Source: Candidatus Poriferihabitaceae bacterium (GTDB lineage Bacteria; Pseudomonadota; Gammaproteobacteria; Arenicellales; Poriferihabitantaceae). From it: a DNA stretch of 64,000 nucleotides. This document shows, in pieces, positions 46,741-54,996 of the stretch (positions within the stretch are counted from its first letter, which is position 1; each line of letters opens with the position of its first letter). Both the position numbers and the translations under genes were made by a program. The notes beneath the pieces are model-generated. The model did not search any database. It was not told the DNA's origin and saw nothing but the letters and a program-made list of their open reading frames with translations. The stretch is from contig CBDBQB010000015.1 in the NCBI GenBank assembly GCA_965209105.1, positions 1,448 to 65,447 on the forward strand. Direction: 5' to 3'.

Positions 46741-47487
46741 ATGGAGAGTATTGAAGGCTTGGTTTGCTTGGTGACGGGCGCAACGCGGGGTTTGGGTGCC
46801 GCGATAGCGGATCAACTGGGCGAGATGGGCGGTGTTGTCGTCGGGACGGCGACCTCTGATAAAGGCGCTGATGCAATTTCTGAACGCTTTGCAGCCAATG
46901 ATATAAAAGGTCAGGGTATGCGGCTAAATGTGACGGATGATGCGTCTGTCGAAGCGGTGATGACCGCGATCGCTGATCAGTTTGGCCCCGTCTCGATATT
47001 AGTGAATAATGCCGGCATTACGCGTGACGGGTTGCTCATGCGTATGAAAGATGAAGACTGGGATGCCATTATGGACACCAATCTAAAATCAGCTTTTCGT
47101 ATGAGCAAGGCATGTTTGCGCGGGATGATGAAAGCGAAGTTTGGTCGGATTATTAATATCTCTTCGATTGTGGGCGTAACAGGCAATGCCGGGCAATCCA
47201 ATTATGCTGCCGCCAAAGCCGGGATGATTGGCTTTAGCCGTTCACTCGCACAAGAAATTGCGTCGCGTAATATTACGGTAAATGTCGTTGCGCCGGGCTT
47301 CATTCAATCAGATATGACCAACGAGCTGGGCGATGCTCAGACAGAGGCGCTCATGAAAAATATACCGATGGCGAGATTGGGCCAGCCGCAAGATGTGGCG
47401 AACGCCGTCGCATTCTTAGCCTCGCCGATGGCATCGTATATTACCGGCTCGGTGATCCATGTGAATGGTGGCATGTATATGGGCTGA
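46741..47487 (+). CDS. fabG: 3-oxoacyl-[ACP] reductase
   Basis: VTGATRGLGAAIA, NNAGITRD and YAAAKAG motifs. It lies upstream of acpP-fabF. Confidence 0.93.
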   Translation: MESIEGLVCLVTGATRGLGAAIADQLGEMGGVVVGTATSDKGADAISERFAANDIKGQGMRLNVTDDASVEAVMTAIADQFGPVSILVNNAGITRDGLLMRMKDEDWDAIMDTNLKSAFRMSKACLRGMMKAKFGRIINISSIVGVTGNAGQSNYAAAKAGMIGFSRSLAQEIASRNITVNVVAPGFIQSDMTNELGDAQTEALMKNIPMARLGQPQDVANAVAFLASPMASYITGSVIHVNGGMYMG

Positions 47488-47770
47488 GGGCGCATACAAA
47501 TCAACATCATACGAACGAGTACGCCGACTTTATAGAGCTGACCTCGAGATATTGATCGTAAGTAATTGTATTTATTAAGCCTGAGATGTGTGCTGAGGGC
47601 GACAAATATTTTTCAAGTAACTGCCTGAAATTTGTTACAATTCGCGCAGTTTCCTTGTGTATACAGCGTGACTTTACTTAGGTCAATCATACAACTGATA
47701 CAAAGGGTTTTAGCATTGTGGTTGTGATCACATCTGCAATGTTTGTTTTTCACTGGAGGTAATTCCCCTA

Positions 47771-48010
47771 ATGAGTAGTATTGAAGATCGAGTTAGAAAA
47801 ATTGTTGTGGAGCAGCTGGGCGCAAATGAAGACCAAGTGACCACCGAGGCATCATTCGTTGATGATCTAGGCGCGGATTCTTTGGATACCGTTGAGTTGG
47901 TCATGGCCTTAGAAGAAGAATTCGATATGGAAATTCCTGACGATCAAGCCGAAAGCATTGCAACGGTTAAAGATGCGGTAGGTTATATCGAGGCGCATCC
48001 TAGCGCTTGA
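47771..48010 (+). CDS. acpP: acyl carrier protein
   Basis: The [19 protein letters not shown] phosphopantetheine-attachment motif is present. Confidence 0.97.
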   Translation: MSSIEDRVRKIVVEQLGANEDQVTTEASFVDDLGADSLDTVELVMALEEEFDMEIPDDQAESIATVKDAVGYIEAHPSA

Positions 48011-48034
48011 TATACACCCCTAGTATTTTTAAGA

Positions 48035-48066
48035 GCCGTTGCCTGAGTAAGGCGGCGGCTTTTTTC
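48035..48066 (+). terminator. hairpin plus T-tract downstream of acpP
   Basis: GCCGTTGCC-TGAGTAA-GGCGGCGGC (9-bp stem with two G-U pairs) followed by TTTTTT. Confidence 0.6.
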
Positions 48067-48246
48067 TTTTCAGGCGGCGTTCACCAGAGAGTTCGGTGAG
48101 AAAAAAATAAGCGTAATTTTCCAGATTTCAGATAAAATATGGCAAATAGTTAGGGCTAATGGCTGCAACTTTAGTGGGAATATGGGGGGTTTAAGCCATC
48201 TTTATCCATCGCAATTCTCGTGCAAAGATTTCTTCAGGATAAATTC

Positions 48247-49485
48247 ATGACAAAAAGACGCGTAGTGGTAACGGGCCTGGGTGCGGTCACCCCAGTCGGG
48301 CACAACGTAGAAGCGAGCTGGTCTGCGATGATGGCTGGTCAGTCAGGCATCTCTACAATTACCCAGTTTGATCCAGAAGGGTTTAATTGTACCGTGGCAG
48401 GCGAAGTGCAAGATTTTGCACCCGAAGCCGTGATTGAGCCGAAAGAACTCAAAAAGATGGATCGCTTTATCCAGATGGGTTTGGTCGCTGGCATTGAAGC
48501 GGTTGAAGATTCTGGCATCGAAATCACTGAAAAAAATGCTGAAAATATCGGCGTGTATATCGGCGCTGGGATTGGCGGTTTAGACTCAATCGAGCGAACC
48601 ACCGGCGTGTTTAATGAAAAAGGCCCTAGAAGAGTTTCGCCATTTTATATTCCCATGGCGATCATCAATATGATCTCTGGCAATCTATCGATTAAATACG
48701 GCATGAAAGGGCCCAACTTATCGATGGTCACGGCGTGTTCCACGGGCACCCATGCGATTGGCGAAGCGGGGCGCTTAATCGAGTACGGCGACGCAGATGT
48801 TATGGTTGCGGGTGGTGCTGAAGCGACGATTACGCGTACGGCTATCGCCGGTTTTGCGGCAGCGCGCGCCTTAAGTAAACGCGGTGACGTGCCTTCTGAA
48901 TCGAGCTGTCCTTGGGATACACGCAGGGATGGGTTTGTGATGGGAGAAGGGGGCGGCGTTTTGGTGCTTGAAGAATATGAACATGCTAAAGCACGAGGTG
49001 CGAAAATTTATGCAGAGTTAGCAGGGTTTGGTTTAAGCGGCGACGCCTTTCATATGACCAGCCCCCAGCCCGACGGCGAAGGTGCCGCGCGATGTATGCT
49101 AAATGCAATGCGCCATGCAGGTCTAAATATCACGGACATTGATTACATAAATGCGCACGGCACCTCGACACCGCAGGGCGATATTGCAGAGACCAAAGCG
49201 GTTAAACGCGCCTTTGGCGATGAAGCTTACAGGGTAAAAATAAGTTCGATCAAATCAATGATTGGTCATTTGCTGGGTGCCGCCGGTGGCGTGGAAGCAG
49301 TGGCAACGGTGATGTCTATTTATCACCAGCAGATTCCACCGACAATCAATCTTGAAAATCCAGATCCAGAATGTGATCTTGACTATGTGCCCTTGATAGG
49401 CTGCGACCACAAAATTGATGCAGCCTTATCCAATTCCTTCGGTTTTGGTGGTACCAACGGCACCTTGGCGTTTATCAAAATATAG
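48247..49485 (+). CDS. fabF: 3-oxoacyl-[ACP] synthase II
   Basis: RRVVVTGLGAVTPVG, active-site ACSTG, HGTSTP and GHLLGAAG. The ATG at 48247 is preferred over the GTG at 48220. Confidence 0.95.
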   Translation: MTKRRVVVTGLGAVTPVGHNVEASWSAMMAGQSGISTITQFDPEGFNCTVAGEVQDFAPEAVIEPKELKKMDRFIQMGLVAGIEAVEDSGIEITEKNAENIGVYIGAGIGGLDSIERTTGVFNEKGPRRVSPFYIPMAIINMISGNLSIKYGMKGPNLSMVTACSTGTHAIGEAGRLIEYGDADVMVAGGAEATITRTAIAGFAAARALSKRGDVPSESSCPWDTRRDGFVMGEGGGVLVLEEYEHAKARGAKIYAELAGFGLSGDAFHMTSPQPDGEGAARCMLNAMRHAGLNITDIDYINAHGTSTPQGDIAETKAVKRAFGDEAYRVKISSIKSMIGHLLGAAGGVEAVATVMSIYHQQIPPTINLENPDPECDLDYVPLIGCDHKIDAALSNSFGFGGTNGTLAFIKI

Positions 49486-50600
49486 TGCCGCAATCACCGA
49501 ACGACCAATCTGAGCGCGGTGCTGCATCGGCTTCGGATAAACCAGATAATCAGCACCGTAGAATCAGGGGTTTGTCCGTAAAATTGCTGGGCGCTTGCTT
49601 GCTCTCGATATGTCTTCTGATTGCGGGAGGGGCATTCGGCTTGCATCTCATCGATCAACAGTTAAACGAAGCCAAACCTTTTGGCAAAACTATTTATAAA
49701 ATTGCCAAAGGTGAGAATCTCAGGCGTTTTATCTCGCAGTTGCAGGATTCCGGAATGATTGACGAGCCCTACTCATTGCGCCTCTATGCGCGCTATAAAG
49801 GCTTGGATAGTCGACTGCACATCGGACATTATCAATTTGCAAATGGCATGGATTTGCGCGAAGTGCTCGATTCAATTACCACCGGCAAGCATCGTTTAGC
49901 GCACCAATTCCGCTTCGTTCAGGGCAGTAACTTTAAGCAGCTTCGCGCAGCACTCAGATCGGCTGAAGGCCTAAAACAGACCCTGGTAGACAAAACGGAT
50001 GCAGAGGTGTTGGAGTTATTTGATCGCAACAACAGTTATGCACATCCCGAAGGGTTATTTTTCCCAGAAACTTATGCGTATCATCCAGAGGAGACGGATT
50101 ACGCACTGCTGAACCGAGCCTTTCAATCTACGCAAAAAATATTATCCAAGCTGTGGGAAAAACGTGATAAAAATATTCAGATAAGCACGCCTTACGAAGC
50201 ATTGATTCTGGCGTCGATCATCGAAAAAGAAACCGCCCTAGCGAGCGAGCGCGCTTTAATTTCTGGCGTATTTATGAATCGGCTTAAAAAGGGCATGCGT
50301 TTGCAAACCGACCCCACCGTCATCTACGGTATTGGGGATGCCTATGACGGCAATATCACGCGCAAACATTTAACCACCGATACACCCTATAATACCTATA
50401 CGCGCTATGGCTTGCCGCCGACTCCAATCAGTTTTCCGGGGCGTGCGGCAATTGAAGCCGCTCTGAAGCCTAAGAAAACCAAGGCCTTATACTTTGTTGC
50501 GAAGGGTGATGGTAGTGGGGGTCATAGGTTTTCGAATACCTTAGAGGAACACAATCAGGCGGTAAAACAGTATTTAAAAATGAGGCGTCGGTCGAGTTAG
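49485..50600 (+). CDS. mltG: endolytic murein transglycosylase MltG (YceG family)
   Basis: N-terminal TM anchor and YceG motifs (EGLFFPETY, ASIIEKE, LQTDPTVIYG, YNTY). The GTG start overlaps the fabF stop. Confidence 0.9.
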   Translation: MPQSPNDQSERGAASASDKPDNQHRRIRGLSVKLLGACLLSICLLIAGGAFGLHLIDQQLNEAKPFGKTIYKIAKGENLRRFISQLQDSGMIDEPYSLRLYARYKGLDSRLHIGHYQFANGMDLREVLDSITTGKHRLAHQFRFVQGSNFKQLRAALRSAEGLKQTLVDKTDAEVLELFDRNNSYAHPEGLFFPETYAYHPEETDYALLNRAFQSTQKILSKLWEKRDKNIQISTPYEALILASIIEKETALASERALISGVFMNRLKKGMRLQTDPTVIYGIGDAYDGNITRKHLTTDTPYNTYTRYGLPPTPISFPGRAAIEAALKPKKTKALYFVAKGDGSGGHRFSNTLEEHNQAVKQYLKMRRRSS

Positions 50601-50608
50601 TCATTAAT

Positions 50609-51247
50609 ATGGGAACGCAAGGCAAATTCATTAGCATCGAAGGGGGCGATGGTGCGGGTAAATCGACCCAGCTGGAAGTTGTCGCAAATATTTTATCTCA
50701 ACACAATATTAATTTCGTGATGACGCGAGAACCTGGCGGTACGCCGATTGGCGAACAGTTGAGGGAATTGCTATTAACCAAGGAAGCACATCCCTTTGAC
50801 GATGAGACCGAACTTCTGCTAATGTTCGCCGCGCGAGCCGAGCATGTTGCCAGTGTAATTCAACCTGCATTAAGCGCAGGAAAATGGGTGGTCAGTGATC
50901 GCTTTGCGGATGCGAGTTTTGCTTATCAGGGCGCGCGAGGCATTTCCACCGAACGAATTCAAGCTTTGGCAGATTGGGTGCTACGAGGGTTTACGCCGGA
51001 TATCACATTATTATTCGATATTGAAGTCAGTGATGGCATGAAGCGCTTGGATCGTCGCGGAAATCTTGACCGATTTGAGCGCGCCTCAATTGGCTATAAA
51101 CAAGCGGTTAGGGACATCTACCTTAAGCGCGCCGAGCTGGATTCAAAGCGGATCAAGGTAATCGATTCAAGTGTCGATATTTCCACTGTCTCTGCACAGC
51201 TAAGTCGTGTAATGGAAGACTTTATCCAAACCATAGACGCTGCATGA
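50609..51247 (+). CDS. tmk: thymidylate kinase
   Basis: FISIEGGDGAGKST P-loop, REPGGT, and a DRF-type motif (SDRFADAS). Confidence 0.93.
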   Translation: MGTQGKFISIEGGDGAGKSTQLEVVANILSQHNINFVMTREPGGTPIGEQLRELLLTKEAHPFDDETELLLMFAARAEHVASVIQPALSAGKWVVSDRFADASFAYQGARGISTERIQALADWVLRGFTPDITLLFDIEVSDGMKRLDRRGNLDRFERASIGYKQAVRDIYLKRAELDSKRIKVIDSSVDISTVSAQLSRVMEDFIQTIDAA

Positions 51248-52302
51248 GCGCAAGCTGGCTAAGGCCTAGCAGACAACAGTTTTACCGCTTGAGTCAACGC
51301 TTGCCTCACGCACTATTAATTCATGGCCAAGCCGGAAGTGGTAAAAGTGAGTGGGTAATGGAGATAGTCGCGAGCTTATTGTGTGAATCCCCGACAGTGG
51401 TTGATGAGATATTATCTGCCTGCGGGCGCTGTAAGAATTGTGCGATGTTTGAATCTGATAATCACCCTGATTTTCATTTCCTCAGCAGTGAATGGTTTAC
51501 GCATGAAAGTGAATCCGCGCATTTAATGTATGCGGAACGCTATTTTGAGCCCTTGGCGAAACGCGGCAAGCGTAAACCGCGCCGCGTCATATCGGTTGAT
51601 CAAGTGCGTACTTTGAACGATGATTTTGCGCTATCGAGGCACAGTGCGCGATATAAAGTCGCCCTGATTCAGCCGGCAGAGGCAATGAATACCAGTGCGG
51701 CCAACGCATTGCTAAAACTACTCGAAGAGCCGAATCCACAGAGCGTAATAATTCTTGTCAGTCATGATATGAGTCGCTTGCCGATGACGATTCGTAGTCG
51801 TTGTATCGCGTTGAAGCTCTCCCTGCCCACCTTAAATCAGGGCTTGTTGTGGTTACAAGATAAGGGCTTAGAAGAATCAGTAGCAAAACGGGCTTTGGCG
51901 ATTTCAGGCGGCGCGCCACGTTTGGCTTTGCTGGCGGCGAATTCAGAAGATTTAGGTCATTTCGATTTGCTGCTAGAGGCCTTGGTGAATTTGCTCCAGA
52001 GGAAAATTGCACCCGTTGCAGCGCGGGAGAGCTTGGTTAAATTACAGACTGCCGATACCCTGCTAAAGTGGCTGCAATGGGTGATGGGTTGGTGGATATC
52101 GGCAGAAAAGGGTGTTGAGAGTGGCGACGAGCATGCCTATCATATTTCAATTGAAAAGCTTAGGCGCGTAGGCCCAAAGGAAGCGCAATTGTTTAAGCTA
52201 TATGATGACCTGCTGGAAGCGAGAAAACAGGATTTAAATATCCTCAATTCTGCGCTGGTATTAGACAAATGGTTAATCGCCTTGAGCCGTGGCAAAAATT
52301 AG
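51244..52302 (+). CDS. holB: DNA polymerase III subunit delta'
   Basis: HALLIHGQAGSGK, a Cys cluster (CGRCKNC), TIRSRC, and position after tmk. Confidence 0.88.
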   Translation: MSASWLRPSRQQFYRLSQRLPHALLIHGQAGSGKSEWVMEIVASLLCESPTVVDEILSACGRCKNCAMFESDNHPDFHFLSSEWFTHESESAHLMYAERYFEPLAKRGKRKPRRVISVDQVRTLNDDFALSRHSARYKVALIQPAEAMNTSAANALLKLLEEPNPQSVIILVSHDMSRLPMTIRSRCIALKLSLPTLNQGLLWLQDKGLEESVAKRALAISGGAPRLALLAANSEDLGHFDLLLEALVNLLQRKIAPVAARESLVKLQTADTLLKWLQWVMGWWISAEKGVESGDEHAYHISIEKLRRVGPKEAQLFKLYDDLLEARKQDLNILNSALVLDKWLIALSRGKN

Positions 52303-52379
52303 GCATAAATCACCCACTAAACCTATATAAAATACCGCTTAGCTCGGGTACACTGCATATAAATTCTATTGAATCGAAC

Positions 52380-52742
52380 ATGACAAGTTCCATTATTCTC
52401 GATAACGACAAAACACCCGTTATCCCCTTACGTTACAAAAACTTGGACCAGGTATATAAGTCATATATGCCATTTTTAAAAAATGGCGGCCTATTTATAC
52501 CGACCCGCAAAGGGTATCGTTTGGGGCACGAAGTCTTGATGTTGATTCGACTCCCCGATTCTGATGAAAGCGTTCAAGCCGAAGGCGTCGTATCGTGGGT
52601 CACCCCTGAAAATTGTACTGGGCATAAAAAGCAGGGCGTAGGCGTAGAATTCTCAGATGGTAAAGGGATCGCCTTGCGCCATCGAATCGACGCCTTATTG
52701 GATGATCGATTAAACAATGATGATCCGACGTATACCCTCTAG
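52380..52742 (+). CDS. pilZ: type IV pilus assembly PilZ-domain protein
   Basis: YMPFLKNGGLFIPT...GVGVEF closely resembles Pseudomonas PilZ. The holB-pilZ-tatD order is conserved. ATG at 52380. Confidence 0.85.
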   Translation: MTSSIILDNDKTPVIPLRYKNLDQVYKSYMPFLKNGGLFIPTRKGYRLGHEVLMLIRLPDSDESVQAEGVVSWVTPENCTGHKKQGVGVEFSDGKGIALRHRIDALLDDRLNNDDPTYTL

Positions 52743-52774
52743 CTCGAGCTGAAATTTATGATACTAAATTTTGT

Positions 52775-53563
52775 ATGGGACTAGTTGATTCGCATTGCCA
52801 TCTTAACCTCGAACCTTTAGGCGAAGATATTGAAGGCGTACTGGCGCGGGCGCGCGAAAATAATATTGACTACATGCTATGTGTGGCGGTCAATATTGAA
52901 GATTTCCCTCAAGTTCTGGGCATTGCTCAGGCGCACGATAATATTTTTGCCTCGGTGGGTGTGCACCCCTGTTACGAGGATGCTATTGATCCCAGCGTAG
53001 AAGATTTAGTCGAGTACGCTCAGAATGAGAAAGTCGTTGCGATTGGTGAAACAGGCTTAGATTATTTTAGAATTCAAGGTGATAAGCAGTGGCAGCAGGA
53101 TCGTTTTGTTCGGCATATCGAAGCGGGTATTGCTTGCAATAGACCGTTGATCATCCATACGCGAGCCGCCGCGGATGATACGATGGCGATGCTCAAATCA
53201 CACGGTGCGGATCAATGTGGTGGGGTGATGCACTGTTTTGCGGAGGATTGGGAAACGGCTAAGAAGGCCCTAGATCTCGGTTTTTACATTTCTTTTTCTG
53301 GGATCGTCACTTTTAACAGTGCTAAAACGCTCAAAGAAATTGCGAAAAAAGTCCCTTTAGATCGAATGCTAGTGGAGACAGATTCACCTTATTTAGCACC
53401 TGTTCCCATGCGCGGCAAACCCAATCAGCCCGCATTTGTTGCGCACACTGCGCAGTATGTGGCGGATCTAAATGATATTTCTTTGGAACGTTTGGCAGAA
53501 CAGACGAGCGATAATTTTTTCAAACTCTTCCAATTCGCGCAACGCTCAACGACGGGCGATTGA
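52775..53563 (+). CDS. TatD-family metal-dependent hydrolase
   Basis: DSHCHL, GETGLDY, IHTR, METDSPYL. Confidence 0.92.
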   Translation: MGLVDSHCHLNLEPLGEDIEGVLARARENNIDYMLCVAVNIEDFPQVLGIAQAHDNIFASVGVHPCYEDAIDPSVEDLVEYAQNEKVVAIGETGLDYFRIQGDKQWQQDRFVRHIEAGIACNRPLIIHTRAAADDTMAMLKSHGADQCGGVMHCFAEDWETAKKALDLGFYISFSGIVTFNSAKTLKEIAKKVPLDRMLVETDSPYLAPVPMRGKPNQPAFVAHTAQYVADLNDISLERLAEQTSDNFFKLFQFAQRSTTGD

Positions 53564-53578
53564 ATAGCCGGAGATTAT

Positions 53579-53739
53579 AGAGAGCTTTGCATTAATCAGT
53601 AGCGAAAGAAAAATGAGGTAAAATTTCTCTGTTCAAGGCGGGAGATGCAGCTAATAGCAGGCTATTGGCCAATTTTCCAACGAAAAACAGGGGAATTTTA
53701 ACCATTTTTACTCGTTATCTGATTAATGCAAAGCTCTCT
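53579..53739. mobile_element. 161-bp MITE with 21-bp perfect terminal inverted repeats related to the IS5-family element at 15914-17156
   Basis: The left end is AGAGAGCTTTGCATTAATCAG (53579-53599). The reverse complement of the right end (53719-53739) is identical. The first 16 nt match the right terminus of the IS at 17141-17157. TAT flanks both ends. There is no coding capacity. Confidence 0.8.
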
Positions 53740-53749
53740 TATAGGCGAA

Positions 53750-54022
53750 CTATTTAGGCACAAAGCCTTGGGGTGTATCACCGAAATCGCCTTCGTTAAA
53801 CAGGTAACCCACCATGTGTTGCTCGACGACCTTGAGTGCGCGTGGTTCAGCCGTGTTGAGCTGCTCTTCGTTAACAATCATCACCAAGCGTTCCAACCAA
53901 GTTTGCCAAGCTTCCGCTGAGATGTTCTCATATACGCGAACGCCTAAATCGCCGGGATAGGGCACGGTATCTAAGCCGGGTGCTTGTTTGCCTAGCTTTA
54001 CGCAATCTACTGTTCTAGTCAT
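53750..54022 (-). CDS. yggX: Fe(2+)-trafficking / oxidative-damage protection protein YggX
   Basis: MTRTVDCVKLGKQAPGLD..PYPG.LG.R(V)YENIS.EAWQ.W...Q.M(I)VNE..L is the canonical YggX sequence. Confidence 0.9.
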   Translation of the reverse strand: MTRTVDCVKLGKQAPGLDTVPYPGDLGVRVYENISAEAWQTWLERLVMIVNEEQLNTAEPRALKVVEQHMVGYLFNEGDFGDTPQGFVPK

Positions 54023-54285
54023 GGTGAGGTTTCATTATGTGTTGGCCTTGGTGTGCTCGGATTTGCCCTTGAAAATTGAGCCTTCAAACACAATATAGAG
54101 ATAGAATGATATTTTTAAACAAGCGAGTGATATTTCGGATGGATTTTTTATCCATCAGGTGTAATATCGAGAGTATGACTAATCGAGATTTTAGATATAT
54201 TTCGTGCAGGGTATAAATGGGCTACACTGCTCAATTTGATGCTCTTTGACACGTATACCGATGAAACTTCTAAGCGAGAGAAATT

Positions 54286-54645
54286 ATGACATATAGTTCA
54301 GTTTTAACCCAAACACATATTGCAGTGACTGACAACGCGAAAGAAAAAGTTGCTGCCCTATTAGATGAAGCCGGTAAGCAAGTTGAGGCGGTACGCGTAT
54401 ACGTGTATGGCGGCGGCTGTTCTGGTATGAAATATGGTATGACTTTCGCGGAACAAAAAGAAGCGACCGATAGTCTAATGGAAGACGGCAAGGTAAAGAT
54501 TGTCGTCGATCCGGTGGCCCTAGGTTTTCTTAAAGGCGCTGAGATTGATTATGCAGATGATGGTGTTAATGCCAGTTTTGTGTTCAATAATGTGTTCCAG
54601 TCTGTTGGTGGAAGTGGTTCCTGCGGGGGCTGCGGTTCAGCATAG
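54286..54645 (+). CDS. HesB/IscA-family (A-type) iron-sulfur cluster carrier
   Basis: RVYVYGGGCSGMKYGMTF plus C-terminal cysteines (SCGGCGSA). Confidence 0.8.
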   Translation: MTYSSVLTQTHIAVTDNAKEKVAALLDEAGKQVEAVRVYVYGGGCSGMKYGMTFAEQKEATDSLMEDGKVKIVVDPVALGFLKGAEIDYADDGVNASFVFNNVFQSVGGSGSCGGCGSA

Positions 54646-54662
54646 ACTTGTAAACTTAAGAG

Positions 54663-54986
54663 ATGTCGCAAAAAAGTCATGAGCAAAACGGTGGAACGGG
54701 ATTGGTTCTTGAAACAGCCAAACCCAAGCTTAAGAAACCACCCATGTATAAAATCGTTATGTTAAATGACGACTATACCCCCATGGATTTTGTGATCATG
54801 GTGCTCGAAAATCTATTTCGATTGGATCATGAAAAAGCCGTTCAAATCATGCTGAATGTTCATCAGAAAGGCAAAGGCGTGTGTGGCGTATTTCCCCATG
54901 AAATTGCGCAGACTAAACTCGCGCTGGTGACAGAATTCGCGCGTAAACATGAGCACCCCTTGCAGTGTACGATGGAGGAAGCTTAG
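54663..54986 (+). CDS. clpS: ATP-dependent Clp protease adaptor ClpS
   Basis: PPMYKIVMLNDDYTPMDFVIMVLENLF...A..IML.VH..G...CGVF..E.A.TK matches ClpS. Confidence 0.95.
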   Translation: MSQKSHEQNGGTGLVLETAKPKLKKPPMYKIVMLNDDYTPMDFVIMVLENLFRLDHEKAVQIMLNVHQKGKGVCGVFPHEIAQTKLALVTEFARKHEHPLQCTMEEA

Positions 54987-54996
54987 GCTATTTATT

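Noticed and set aside
53726-53920. A 64-aa plus-strand ORF starting inside the MITE and running antisense through yggX.
   Set aside because: Its start lies within the MITE terminal repeat and the rest is antisense to the conserved yggX. It is most likely an artefact.
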